64,000 nt of DNA from a virus: IMG/VR virus record IMGVR_UViG_2700989538_000002. One strand, given 5' to 3'. Positions 54,727-64,000 of the stretch are shown here, in pieces. Position numbers and translations under genes: made by a program. Each line of letters starts with the position of its first letter. Position 1 is the stretch's first letter. The notes under the pieces were generated by a model. The model saw only the letters and a list, made by a program, of their open reading frames with translations. It was not told where the DNA came from and did no database searches.

Positions 54727-55098
54727 ATGAAATGCCCAAACTGCGCATATGAACCGACTATGCGAGAAATCACAGAAAGCGCTGACTCGTGCCCTAAGTG
54801 TGGAACTAATTACCAAGAGTATTCCGAGCGTCAGGCCAGTCAGAGGTCTGACCCCATGTCATGGGGCAATCTCTCTAAGCTACATCCTGAGGCTAGAAAT
54901 GTTGTCATGAACTATAAAGGAGCAAGTCCAGTTGTAGTGATTGACTTCAAAATGGGCTTTTGGTCAATGGTTTTCTTTATGGTTAAAGCGTCAATTGCTG
55001 CAATTCCGGCGATAATTATAGTTTCATTTATTGTTGCTGGGCTTTTTGCTGTGTTTGGTGGGTTCTTGGCGGGGCTCTCTTCGCTTTATGTGAAATAG
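54727..55098 (+). CDS. moron: N-terminal zinc-ribbon (CPNC...CPKCG) plus C-terminal two-TM membrane protein
   Basis: About 42% GC against about 63% in the flanks. Inserted between the major tail and tail assembly chaperone genes. Confidence 0.5.
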   Translation: MKCPNCAYEPTMREITESADSCPKCGTNYQEYSERQASQRSDPMSWGNLSKLHPEARNVVMNYKGASPVVVIDFKMGFWSMVFFMVKASIAAIPAIIIVSFIVAGLFAVFGGFLAGLSSLYVK

Positions 55099-55154
55099 AA
55101 AATTCTGCTTTGAAACCCCGCATTAGCGGGGTTTTGTTTTTTATGGAGTCGAAA

Positions 55155-55457
55155 ATGTCAACATTTACAGCAAGCAGGGTTGTTGATATTGATGGCGTTG
55201 AGCTTACCGTGCGTGAACTTAGCGTTGCGGATGTTCGAAAACTAATGCAAGAGGTCAGTGACCAAGACCTCGTCAGTAATGCTCTCTTCGAAGATATCAG
55301 GCTTTCCGATCTGTGCCTGATGACGTCGGTTACGGAGAGCCAAATTAACGATCTCCGGCCGAGCCAACTCGCCAAGTTGCGGGATGCATGTAAAGAGGTG
55401 AACCCGCATTTTTTCGGAATGCTGGGCCGTCTCTCGAAACTCCGCGACAAGCCTTGA
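55155..55457 (+). CDS. tail assembly chaperone (gpG-like); -1 frameshift at T TTT TTC (55409-55415) would extend it to 55558 (gpGT-like)
   Basis: The heptamer sits in X XXY YYZ phase. The -1 frame stays open for 47 codons to a TGA 2 nt before the tape-measure ATG. Confidence 0.5.
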   Translation: MSTFTASRVVDIDGVELTVRELSVADVRKLMQEVSDQDLVSNALFEDIRLSDLCLMTSVTESQINDLRPSQLAKLRDACKEVNPHFFGMLGRLSKLRDKP

Positions 55458-55559
55458 GGAGTTTGGAGCGCGCCATTTGCGTTCTGGTGAGGCTTGGGCA
55501 TCACCAAGTCCTTGAATATCCCTGGTCGCTGTTCTTGACCGCGCTGAAGGCTGAATGAA

Positions 55560-58043
55560 ATGGCTGACGTAAAGATCCGGCTGACTGCTGACCTCGATGA
55601 TGCGCTGCGCGAGGTGTCAGGTTTCCGCAAGGAATATGCCGAACTGGTCAGGCAAGTCGCGCAACCTCTCAAGCGTTTAAACGATTTCACTGCTCTCGAA
55701 AGCACCCTTGAGGACACGCAACGCCAGGCGCGCTCGGCGCGCGAGCAGATCCGCACGCTCGGCAATGAGCTGGCATCGACGATCAGGCCAAGCCGCGAAT
55801 TGCAGCAGGCGTACCGGGACTCCATTTCGGACCTGCGAAGCCTGGAGCGGGCAGAGACCGTCCAGGTAGCCAAGCTCGGAGCGATGCGCCGGGAGTTGAA
55901 GCAGGCCGGGCTGGATACGAGGAGCCTGACATCCGAACGGCAGCGGCTCCAGCGGGAGCTGGATCGAAACCTCCAGGCGGGCCGGAATGATGCGGCCACC
56001 ACCAGCCTCCGGCAACAGGCAGCAGCGATCAAGCAGAGCGCGATAGAGCAGCGCCGCTTCAACTTGGAGCAAGCGCGTAGCACCCTGGGAGTCGCCAGGG
56101 TGCGCGAACTGCAGGCTGCTATCGGGCAGTTAAACCAGCAATATCGCTTGCTTCGATCGAGCGGAACGCTGTCCACAAGGGAGCTTGCCGTTGCGCAGCG
56201 GGCGCTCAAGAAGCAGATCGCGGAGACCAAGAGCGAACTCAACTCGCTTGGTGCCGGCTCGCGGCTGTCGAGCATCGGCTCTCTCCGCGGGAGCGGTCCA
56301 GCGCTGGCGGTGGCGGGTCTCGCAGCCGCAGTAGGGGCTGCAACGGCGAAGCTAGCGAACGGCGCCGACACTGTTGGCCGGCTCGATTCCCGGCTTCGCC
56401 TGGCGACCCGCTCGCAGGAAGAGTTCAACACCGCGCAGATCGAACTCGACCGTATCGCGGATGATGTTCAGGGCGACGTCGGCGACCTCGTCGGCCTTTA
56501 TTCGCGGTTGCAGCGCCCGCTTCGGGATGTGGGAATGGATCAGCGAGCCGCCCTCGAAACCGTAGAGGCGGTATCCCTTGGCCTGAAAATCGGTGGAGCC
56601 TCTGCCGAGGAGTCGGCGTCGGTCATTACCCAGTTCTCCCAGGCCATCGCCAGTGGCGTCCTGCGGGGCGAAGAGTTCAATACCGTTCTGGAGTCCTCGG
56701 ATCGCATTGCTGGCGCCCTGGCGGACTCCTTCGGGGTGACTGTTGGCCGGCTTCGTGAGATGGCTGCCGCCGGTGAGCTGACGTCGGAGCAGATCGTTAT
56801 CGCGCTGCGGAAGGAACTTCCGAAGCTCCGCGAGGAGATGGCTTCGTTTGCGCCGGAGATCGGCGCGGGGCTGAACCGGATCTTTTCCGAAACCCAGAAA
56901 TATTGGGGGCGCAGAGCGAAGAATACAGGCATCGTCGATTGGGTTGCGAACCAGTTGAACGATGTTGCCAAGTCGATCAACACGGCGACTACGCTGGTGA
57001 AAAAGGGCGAGGGCAGCCTCACTGCCACCCTCGCCGCCGAGAAGGCGCGTCAAGAGCAGATCGTGAAGCGCCAGAACGATGCCCTGAAGCGGGCTCGGGA
57101 TCAGAACGTCGCCGATCTCCAGTCTGAGGTTGTTCGGACCAAGGCCCTCCTTGAACAGTCCACCAAGAACCTCAACGACGCGCTTTCGCGCCAGGCAGAT
57201 GTCCGTAAGGAGTTTGCCGACCTGGTGAAGGGCATCCAGGCGACGCCCACCTCCGGAATGCAGACCTTCGGTGATGCCACTGCGGCCCAGGCCTCGGCTC
57301 GCAACGCGCTGACCGCCGGCAACAATCAAAAGGCGATCGAGGAGGCGCGCCGCGCGCTGCAGATCCTCCAGCAACTGAAGGACGCTGGCGCGAACAGCTA
57401 CGGCTTCGAAGGCGTGGCCAAGGAGGTGGAGCGCATCGCCAACAAGGCCGCAGAGGTAGAGGCTGGTAATGCCAAGGCTGCGGATGACGTCAACCGCCTG
57501 AACCTGGCCGACCTCGAGGAGCGCATCAAGGCTGTGCAAAACGTCGAGGTGTCGTTCGGAATGGACTTCGAAAGCGCGGAGACCTTGAAGCAACAGGTCG
57601 CCGACATCGCCGCCGGCCTGGCTGAGCAACTCGTGATACCTATCACGCTGGTTCCGCCTCCGGAGATGGGCGTGCCTGGCGTGCCCAGCATCACCCCCAA
57701 GATACCCGGGTTTGCCACTGGTACGCAGAGCGCTCCCCCTGGTATGGCGTGGGTTGGGGAGCGTGGGCCGGAGTTGATGATGATGCGGGGAGGAGAGCGC
57801 ATCTTCAACGCGGTGCAGTCGCTGCAGATGTCGCAGAGGTATCAACGAACTCTCCCCGAGATACCCGAGATTCCTACTGCGGCGCTTCAGCAGGCGAATC
57901 CGCCGGCAGCCATGCAAAACCTGGGATCGCTGACCCTCAACCTAGGTGGAGACGATGCCGGTTTCACCGTTTTCGGGACACACGACACGCTCCGAGATAT
58001 ACGCAAGGCCGCCTCGAAGTTCGGGCGGACGCGCCCAAAATGA
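55560..58043 (+). CDS. tail tape measure protein
   Basis: 827 aa, coiled-coil-rich, after G/GT. Confidence 0.85.
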   Translation: MADVKIRLTADLDDALREVSGFRKEYAELVRQVAQPLKRLNDFTALESTLEDTQRQARSAREQIRTLGNELASTIRPSRELQQAYRDSISDLRSLERAETVQVAKLGAMRRELKQAGLDTRSLTSERQRLQRELDRNLQAGRNDAATTSLRQQAAAIKQSAIEQRRFNLEQARSTLGVARVRELQAAIGQLNQQYRLLRSSGTLSTRELAVAQRALKKQIAETKSELNSLGAGSRLSSIGSLRGSGPALAVAGLAAAVGAATAKLANGADTVGRLDSRLRLATRSQEEFNTAQIELDRIADDVQGDVGDLVGLYSRLQRPLRDVGMDQRAALETVEAVSLGLKIGGASAEESASVITQFSQAIASGVLRGEEFNTVLESSDRIAGALADSFGVTVGRLREMAAAGELTSEQIVIALRKELPKLREEMASFAPEIGAGLNRIFSETQKYWGRRAKNTGIVDWVANQLNDVAKSINTATTLVKKGEGSLTATLAAEKARQEQIVKRQNDALKRARDQNVADLQSEVVRTKALLEQSTKNLNDALSRQADVRKEFADLVKGIQATPTSGMQTFGDATAAQASARNALTAGNNQKAIEEARRALQILQQLKDAGANSYGFEGVAKEVERIANKAAEVEAGNAKAADDVNRLNLADLEERIKAVQNVEVSFGMDFESAETLKQQVADIAAGLAEQLVIPITLVPPPEMGVPGVPSITPKIPGFATGTQSAPPGMAWVGERGPELMMMRGGERIFNAVQSLQMSQRYQRTLPEIPEIPTAALQQANPPAAMQNLGSLTLNLGGDDAGFTVFGTHDTLRDIRKAASKFGRTRPK

Positions 58044-58070
58044 CCAAGCCCGCCTCGCGCGGGCTTTTTT

Positions 58071-58604
58071 ATGGAGTTGGGAATGATCATTCCGAACGTG
58101 ATGCTTGGGGGCGTACCGATCGTGATACACGGCGGCGCCCCGCAGTGTCAGTACCAGGCTGTAGATGGCGGCGTCGAGCGATTGAGGCTCAGCGGAGGTG
58201 CGGCAGTACAGATGACGCACTGGCGCAAGACGGCAATCACCATCAGCGGTTCAGGATGGATCGGCACGGGGATGCTTGGACTCGACTTCGACAACCCGTT
58301 GGAGCTGCGATGCAATGCGTCGCTTGGCATTTCCGGCCGTACTGCCGCCGACCGAGTATTCACAATCCCTGGAGAGGTTCGCCCCGATGCCAGTCCGTGG
58401 GGGCTGGCGCTGGTCGGCCGTGAGTGGGTCAGAACGGACGTGTCGTCCGCCGGCCAGGTGGTAACCGTGTCGGAGATCCCAGGCGCGCAACTCTACCGCG
58501 TCGAGTGGTGGCCGCTGTTCCACGTCTTCGCGTCGGTCCCTCCTGAAGCGCTTGATTCTTCGAACAACAGCCGGACCTGGCAAATTGTCGCTGAGGAAAT
58601 CTGA
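58071..58604 (+). CDS. minor tail protein
   Basis: Position after the tape measure gene. Confidence 0.4.
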   Translation: MELGMIIPNVMLGGVPIVIHGGAPQCQYQAVDGGVERLRLSGGAAVQMTHWRKTAITISGSGWIGTGMLGLDFDNPLELRCNASLGISGRTAADRVFTIPGEVRPDASPWGLALVGREWVRTDVSSAGQVVTVSEIPGAQLYRVEWWPLFHVFASVPPEALDSSNNSRTWQIVAEEI

Positions 58605-60301
58605 TGCTCAACGGTGGACCGCTCAATAGCGCTGAGCTGAACTCGGCCGCTCAATCCGTTGTGCCTGGTCCTGAGCCGATCATTCCAGGCTACGCTTTCA
58701 CCTGGCGAGCAATCGTGCGTGTTGGCGATGACGACGTTACACCGCTCCTGACCGGGGAGATCGAGGTCGATCGTGAAGAGGGGGCGGCAGGCGTCGCTTC
58801 CTTTTCGATCTATCTCGGCGACGGCCCTGTTGTCCCTACGGACTGGATTGGTCGAACCGTAACCATCGACTACGCAACGGAGACCGCCGGCGAGCTGAGT
58901 CAGGGCCGGCGGTTTACGGGAAGGGTTACGCAGCCAGCCTGGAATCCTGTTCGGCGCGTCCTGGACGTCAGTTGCACGGACCAGTTGCAGCAGCGTGTAG
59001 AGGCCATGGAGATTGCGGCCGTTGACGCCCTGGTCGGCGGCGCCTGGTCCGCAGATGTGTTCGAGCCGGTCGATGGACGCTCGCGGTGGGACTACGCCCA
59101 GGAGCGTTTGACCAGCGTAACTGGGAGCTTGGACTGTTCGCCATATGGTGCTCTCCGCGTCACGTCATGGCTTTCGGTGGCTCCTGCCTTCGAGTTCGGC
59201 CAAGGCTCTACGGTATACGGATCGCTTGCGGTCGAGTTGGCCGACCTGAGTTCGCAGACGAACAGGATCGAGATCGAGTGCGACTACCGATTCAGCCGGC
59301 TTTGGCAGTTGAACGCATCGTATGGATGGCAGCACCCCGGGACGGGTAACGCTGTTGGCGAGGCAGGGTTTTGCAACTGGCGCGGCGATGACACCGAGTT
59401 ACCTGATGTCGAGATGATCACCTCGGCGACCGAAAGCAGCGGTCAGACATTGTTCTATGCCACCTGGTATCCACTGCCGCCAACCGGGGTCTACTGCAAT
59501 CCGCCAGCGGCCTGGGTCAATAGTTTCACCGACCTGCTGTTGGGCGGAAATTGGATCGCTGGGAGGCGCTGGACGCAAGCCGTAACCGAGCGCTACCGGC
59601 TGGTCATGGAAGTTCAGCCGAGCGTGGCGGCGACCGGTCCGATTGTCGGTCGGCAGCGTGCCTCGTTCGAGATCGAGTCGGACAAGGCCGAGCGCTGGGA
59701 AAGCGACCCGATCACCGGCGGCAGCACCGGCCACGACGACGAGAAGGATGGAAACCGGCGTTTGTCCGCGCTGAACTGCTTGTTGGCCCAGGGCGCCACG
59801 ACGCTCATCGCCGCGCACCGCGGGACGACTGTGACGTGGGACGTGCCCACCAGCATGGTTCTACCGATCGACCTAGTGCATACGCTCCGCCTCGATGATC
59901 AGGGCGCGCGTGCGGTGGGCAAGTGTCGACGCATTGTCGACCGGCTCGACCTCGCATCCGGAAGCGCGCTGACCACGATCTCTATCGCTGTGATGCGAGG
60001 CGGCGGTGGCGCAGAAGACCCCCTTGTTCCTCCTGCTGGCTCGTCAGATCCCGTCAGCCCGCCGTCGGGCGGGGGGCAGCTCTCGACGCAGCTTGGAGGC
60101 CGCAACGGCAGTCCCGCGTATGACGATGAGGCGGATGGTTTCTCAGGCAACTGGAGCAATCGCGATCCCGGCGCCGAACTGTTCCCGCGGCGCTTCTCGT
60201 TGACCGCGAAAGACATTCCGGAGACCTACCGGGACGAGCATGCGCCTGAGATCGCGGCCACCTACCGGGTATCCGTGCCTGACGACTTACTGGAGATGTA
60301 G
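58604..60301 (+). CDS. tail structural protein, 565 aa
   Basis: Position. ORF in the track. Confidence 0.45.
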   Translation: MLNGGPLNSAELNSAAQSVVPGPEPIIPGYAFTWRAIVRVGDDDVTPLLTGEIEVDREEGAAGVASFSIYLGDGPVVPTDWIGRTVTIDYATETAGELSQGRRFTGRVTQPAWNPVRRVLDVSCTDQLQQRVEAMEIAAVDALVGGAWSADVFEPVDGRSRWDYAQERLTSVTGSLDCSPYGALRVTSWLSVAPAFEFGQGSTVYGSLAVELADLSSQTNRIEIECDYRFSRLWQLNASYGWQHPGTGNAVGEAGFCNWRGDDTELPDVEMITSATESSGQTLFYATWYPLPPTGVYCNPPAAWVNSFTDLLLGGNWIAGRRWTQAVTERYRLVMEVQPSVAATGPIVGRQRASFEIESDKAERWESDPITGGSTGHDDEKDGNRRLSALNCLLAQGATTLIAAHRGTTVTWDVPTSMVLPIDLVHTLRLDDQGARAVGKCRRIVDRLDLASGSALTTISIAVMRGGGGAEDPLVPPAGSSDPVSPPSGGGQLSTQLGGRNGSPAYDDEADGFSGNWSNRDPGAELFPRRFSLTAKDIPETYRDEHAPEIAATYRVSVPDDLLEM

Positions 60302-60303
60302 CG

Positions 60304-60714
60304 ATGGCGAGAGCCTGGATCAACAACTGGAAGACGACGCTGAGCACCGGCCTTTCGCCTGGCGAATTGAGCCTGACGGTGCCGGATGCTGCCGCCGCGC
60401 TGCTGCCGCTCTCTGGCGGTAACTGGGTGCTGTTGACGCTGGCGGATGCTGCCGGCGCTCAGCATGAGATCGTGAAAGCAACCTCCCGCGCCGGTGGGGT
60501 GGTGACGATCGAGCGCGCCCAGGAAGCCACCGCCGACGGCAACTGGCCGGCGGGGTCGGCGATCTATGCAGCCGTCACGGCCGGCGATCTCATGGCACTG
60601 CAAGCGCGAATCGCGGCCCTTGAGGGCGGCACTCCCGAAGGAGCCCTGGTCGATGCGAGCGGTTTGGCTCTCGTCGATGGCGCCGGAAACAACCTGATCA
60701 TGGAGAACAACTGA
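60304..60714 (+). CDS. hypothetical tail protein
   Basis: ORF in the track. Confidence 0.4.
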   Translation: MARAWINNWKTTLSTGLSPGELSLTVPDAAAALLPLSGGNWVLLTLADAAGAQHEIVKATSRAGGVVTIERAQEATADGNWPAGSAIYAAVTAGDLMALQARIAALEGGTPEGALVDASGLALVDGAGNNLIMENN

Positions 60715-61259
60715 TGGCAACTGTTACGCACGTCCTGTCCGGTGCTGGCGCTCCACCCTCGGCCCCGCCCAGCGTGGGCGCTCATTACGTAAACACGACA
60801 AACGGTGACCAATACCTTGCCAAGGGCACGGCCTCTGCGGCGGATTGGGTGAGGCAGGGCGGCGGCGGTGGAAGCGCTCCCTCCGAAGTACTGCACATAA
60901 CTGGCGCGGGCAATTTCTCGCTTGGGCCGCAGCACGCTGTTGTCGAGGCGCCTCTGAATAACATTCCTGAGAACGAGATCGGGGCTGTCGATATCGAGAC
61001 AGCCTCTTCTCGGCAATTTGATTTGCACGTCAAGGGGAACGCAGATTCAGTGTTTTTCGTCGGGACCGCGGGTGGCGTCGACTTGCCGGGTGGGACGTTC
61101 ATCGTCGGGATGCAGAGGAATTGGGCTTCAACCCGCGAGTATGGATTCCAGATCCGAGGCATAGACCTAGCTGGTGAGGCCTGGGCGCGGGTGTATTACG
61201 ACGCCATCGCTGGGACGATGACCATGCTTGTACTCGCTGACATGCCTGCGCCGGCATAA
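60714..61259 (+). CDS. hypothetical tail protein
   Basis: ORF in the track. Confidence 0.4.
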   Translation: MATVTHVLSGAGAPPSAPPSVGAHYVNTTNGDQYLAKGTASAADWVRQGGGGGSAPSEVLHITGAGNFSLGPQHAVVEAPLNNIPENEIGAVDIETASSRQFDLHVKGNADSVFFVGTAGGVDLPGGTFIVGMQRNWASTREYGFQIRGIDLAGEAWARVYYDAIAGTMTMLVLADMPAPA

Positions 61260-61271
61260 CGGAGGTGGATC

Positions 61272-61676
61272 ATGGCTCTATCAGATGAGCGCCGCGGCAT
61301 CGGCGCAAGGAACGAAGCGATCCGCCGCGCCGGCGGCCAGCGGGTCGAAGCGGAGCGACGCGGTGACCAGGGCTTGACGGCGGCGCTCAACCGGCTGATC
61401 GAGCCGGAGCGTCAGGCGCGCGCACTGCGCAAGATCGATCCGCGCGGCGCTCTGGATGCCGCGCGCGGCAGGGCCGACTACAACCCCGCAGGCAAGCAGA
61501 TCGGCGGGGGCGGTGTGTCCTGGCCGTTGGCCGAAACCGACAAGTCGAAGCGCACGGTGGCCGATGAAGAGATCGTGAGCACCGATGGCCTGGTTGTCGT
61601 TGTGTTCAAGCGCGTCACCAGCTTCGAGATGCAGGATGGCGGCGAGAATATCGGCCGCATGGAGTTCAAGGCATGA
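61272..61676 (+). CDS. hypothetical tail protein
   Basis: ORF in the track. Confidence 0.4.
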   Translation: MALSDERRGIGARNEAIRRAGGQRVEAERRGDQGLTAALNRLIEPERQARALRKIDPRGALDAARGRADYNPAGKQIGGGGVSWPLAETDKSKRTVADEEIVSTDGLVVVVFKRVTSFEMQDGGENIGRMEFKA

Positions 61677-63331
61677 ACCAACTTATGCCCTGGGACGGCG
61701 AGGTCGTTCGCATGGGCTGGCCGTGGCACGGAAAGATCCGCCAGCCGGACAAGGATCTGGCCGGCTACGTCACCCTGCCGAACGGGGCGACGCGCCCAGC
61801 GATCGCGCACTACGGCACCTGGCCGATGAATCATACGCATCTGTTCGACATGGGCCTGCCGGACCAGGACGACCCGCAGGTCGAGGAGCAGGGCGGGAAG
61901 TGGTGGGGGCGAACGATCCTCCGAGGCGGAGGCAATTACGACTATCAGTTGTTCTACGGCGGCGCGACGACCTCGGCCGAGGGGCAGTCCTACACTGGTG
62001 AAGCTCCGTTCAGGGGGCTTCCTCTCTGGTGGGATAGCGACGATGAACCGCGCCGCCCGCTGTATGTAGATATCTACCTCAATTTGGAGCAGGGCAGCTA
62101 CTACCTCGATTTTTGGACAAAGGGCGGAACGATTCACACCCTTCGGAAGAAGATAACGCTTGAGGATGTTGGGCAGGGCGCAGGACAGCCGGAGTGTGCG
62201 GTAAAAGATTTGCTCGGGAGCAACTTCGATTACTGGTTTTTTGGTGACAACGTCAAGCTGGACTACCTGAAGCTGCTGGGGGTCTACCGAAATCGGTTGC
62301 TGCTGGGGGTGGTGGTGACACAGGGTGAAGGGATGCGGCAGATTGACCCTCCGCCCGGAACGTCGGTGGTCAGCGGTTCGTCCCCGTCTGGAGCCCCTCA
62401 GGGGTTGTATGGTCTCGTCGAGGTGACCATTGCCCCGGATATCCGAGATCCAGAGGCGGATCACAGTCAGACGGTCACAATAGACGTGATCGAGAATCGC
62501 CAGGCCGCGCTCGGTAATCCGGTTCATCAGGTGACCGACGAGAGCAGTCAGCCGGGCGATCCAATCGAAACTACGCTCTATCTAGAGGAGTGGAACCAGA
62601 CCTCTGGGTTGCTGACCGCCTGGTATGACGCCCAGGGAAACATCCAGACTGCGCGCTACAACCGACGCCACTATGCACTTAAGGAGTACCGCAACGAGCC
62701 CGGCGTGACGACAAGAACAGCGACGGAGCGAACAAGCGAGGTTGCGCTGTTGAGCGGCTCCGGGTCAGTTGTCGACAGCTCCGTGCTGACCGAGCAGTTC
62801 GAGGCGATCTACATCCCAGGGACAGGACTGCAGATCACTCGGACGGTGAAGTGTACGGGGGAGCCGGATGACGTCACGACTTATACCGACCCAGACCATA
62901 CGGGTGGTCCAGTGGTTACCCCGCCGACGACGACATTCCCCCCAGGTATGCATATCGTCAACACCGTTGTGACCTACCAGTGGCTGGTGAACGGCGAGAA
63001 CATGCTGGCCAACCAGGACCAGCATCAGGTGTGGCTCGCCGCGCTGAGCAACAACAGCGCAGCCATCTGCCACATCCGCGATCCGTTCGACTATCCCGAG
63101 GGGCAGACCACAACGACCGTCAGCGTTCGCCAGGGGCCGGCCGTGCACCTTGGCGGCGTGACCTCTGGAACGGTTACCGACACCCTGACCAAGAGTAAGC
63201 CAGCGCATGAGTACCGGCGCGGATTTTTCTGGGAGCCAGCCGACCGCTGGGTGCGAGCCAGTTGCAACCCGATCACCGGAGAGCTCTCTCGCGGCCCGGA
63301 GTGCATCCAGTACCTGACCAGTTGGGTTTAG
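61673..63331 (+). CDS. putative tail fibre / host-specificity protein, 552 aa
   Basis: Size and distal position. The assignment is tentative. Confidence 0.4.
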   Translation: MNQLMPWDGEVVRMGWPWHGKIRQPDKDLAGYVTLPNGATRPAIAHYGTWPMNHTHLFDMGLPDQDDPQVEEQGGKWWGRTILRGGGNYDYQLFYGGATTSAEGQSYTGEAPFRGLPLWWDSDDEPRRPLYVDIYLNLEQGSYYLDFWTKGGTIHTLRKKITLEDVGQGAGQPECAVKDLLGSNFDYWFFGDNVKLDYLKLLGVYRNRLLLGVVVTQGEGMRQIDPPPGTSVVSGSSPSGAPQGLYGLVEVTIAPDIRDPEADHSQTVTIDVIENRQAALGNPVHQVTDESSQPGDPIETTLYLEEWNQTSGLLTAWYDAQGNIQTARYNRRHYALKEYRNEPGVTTRTATERTSEVALLSGSGSVVDSSVLTEQFEAIYIPGTGLQITRTVKCTGEPDDVTTYTDPDHTGGPVVTPPTTTFPPGMHIVNTVVTYQWLVNGENMLANQDQHQVWLAALSNNSAAICHIRDPFDYPEGQTTTTVSVRQGPAVHLGGVTSGTVTDTLTKSKPAHEYRRGFFWEPADRWVRASCNPITGELSRGPECIQYLTSWV

Positions 63332-63360
63332 CCCCTCTCACTACATCAAGGAGAAGCCGC

Positions 63361-63948
63361 ATGACGCCGGCCTGTGTACCCCTGCGCATTGAAAAAGGGG
63401 CGACGTTCCGCGACGCACTGCGGATCATGCAACCGAGCCTGGTCTATCTGCCGATCACCCAGATCGCGCCGACTGCCCCCGTCCGGCTGACCATCCCTGG
63501 GCACGGATTGCCCGGCACCTGGCTGGCATGGATCGATGGCGCGCAGGGCATGCCCGAGCTGAACCGCGCCCGGCTTCGGCAATTGCCTCACCGGGTCGCG
63601 TCCATCGACGACAACACCGTCGAGATCAACCTGCTTTCAGCCGTTGGGCTGGCGCCTGTGGGCGGGCAGTTGATCTACCAGCCACCCGTCGACCTGGCTG
63701 GCGCCGAGGTACGGATGCAGATCCGCGACGCGCCAGGCGGGACTGTGCTGATGACGCTGGCGCTCGGCTCCGGCCTTGAGATCGCTGGCGCCGGAACGAT
63801 CTCGCGGGAGATATCGGCCTCCGCCACCGCGGCGTTGGCATGGTCGTCGGCGGTCTACGACGTGGACGTGACATACCCAGATGGCACGGTCCACCGCTAC
63901 TACAGCGGACCGATCACTGTGAGCCGTGGGGGAGGGTGCGATGGATGA
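63361..63948 (+). CDS. hypothetical tail-associated protein
   Basis: ATG at 63361 with RBS AAGGAGAAG. Confidence 0.4.
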   Translation: MTPACVPLRIEKGATFRDALRIMQPSLVYLPITQIAPTAPVRLTIPGHGLPGTWLAWIDGAQGMPELNRARLRQLPHRVASIDDNTVEINLLSAVGLAPVGGQLIYQPPVDLAGAEVRMQIRDAPGGTVLMTLALGSGLEIAGAGTISREISASATAALAWSSAVYDVDVTYPDGTVHRYYSGPITVSRGGGCDG

Positions 63949-64000
63949 CGCCGCCGAGCCCTGGGCGCTGGCGATCGAGGTTGATTGCGAGCCGCTTGTG
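63945..64000 (+). CDS. hypothetical protein, 5' end only (MDDAAEPWALAIEV...)
   Basis: ATG overlaps the previous stop. Truncated by the window edge. Confidence 0.3.
   Translation, partial: MTPPSPGRWRSRLIASRL

Larger units (their letters stand above)
25081..64000. mobile_element. lambda-like siphovirus prophage (int-xis, CI/Cro switch, O/DnaC/DnaB replication, Q, lysis, terminase-portal-capsid-tail), continuing beyond the window
   Basis: Canonical lambdoid gene order and functions as listed in the features. Left end abuts the tmRNA 3' att copy. Confidence 0.8.

Noticed and set aside
55028-57917. Long minus-strand ORFs (467 and 521 aa) opposite the tape-measure gene. There are similar ones opposite the terminase, capsid and DnaB genes (47625..48470, 50999..51982, 38912..40507).
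   Set aside because: All are antisense to strongly supported phage genes and are Ser/Arg/Ala-rich. This is the typical GC-rich shadow-ORF pattern.

Overview
High-GC (about 60-65%) bacterial chromosome segment with Pseudomonas-like codon usage. It consists almost entirely of horizontally acquired DNA: two mobile elements in tandem at a tmRNA (ssrA) 3'-end attachment site.

A partial hypothetical CDS at the left edge (1..362) and its downstream intergenic region appear to lie outside element 1.

Element 1, about 937..25081, is a composite CP4-57-like genomic island. Its P4-type tyrosine integrase (23639..24895) reads away from a 25-nt tmRNA 3'-terminal copy (25081..25105) that is followed by a terminator. 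In order, the island carries:
- an AT-rich (about 37% GC) cassette of two ribbon-helix-helix proteins and a tandem winged-helix protein, with iteron-like repeats;
- alpA and a YfjJ/inovirus-Gp2-family gene;
- a Shedu-like DUF4263 PD-(D/E)xK nuclease protein;
- a stand-alone DnaB-N-terminal-domain protein;
- a frameshifted vgrG fragment with a Sel1-repeat gene;
- a csrA paralog coupled to a tandem InsA-like zinc-ribbon/HTH protein;
- an AT-rich MORN-repeat lipoprotein locus;
- an ICE-type module (XRE regulator, radC, an unknown 316-aa protein, YqaJ exonuclease, DUF932, a glycine-zipper protein) without conjugation genes;
- an atypical restriction-modification-like operon: a controller-like HTH protein, a 1002-aa N6-adenine methyltransferase-family protein, and a translationally coupled 241-aa PD-(D/E)xK nuclease.

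Element 2, 25081..>64000, is a lambda-like siphovirus prophage that continues past the window edge. In order it has:
- a moron at the att/int junction, then int and xis;
- leftward early genes, including an SPFH lipoprotein with a small membrane partner, a protein with nine 24-bp tandem repeats, a LuxR-type regulator and an Arc-like protein;
- a peptidase-less CI-like repressor opposite a Cro-like protein;
- a replication module (O-like initiator with internal iterons, DnaC-like loader, DnaB helicase);
- a Q-like antiterminator with a terminator, and two Rha-family proteins;
- a lysis cassette (holin, GH19 endolysin, Rz with embedded Rz1);
- terminase small and large subunits, portal, a protease-capsid fusion, and a major tail protein;
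- a low-GC zinc-ribbon/membrane moron;
- a gpG/gpGT -1 frameshift site, tape measure and distal tail genes.

No rRNA, complete tRNA or CRISPR array was found. All functional calls come from motif and architecture recognition by eye, with no database searches.
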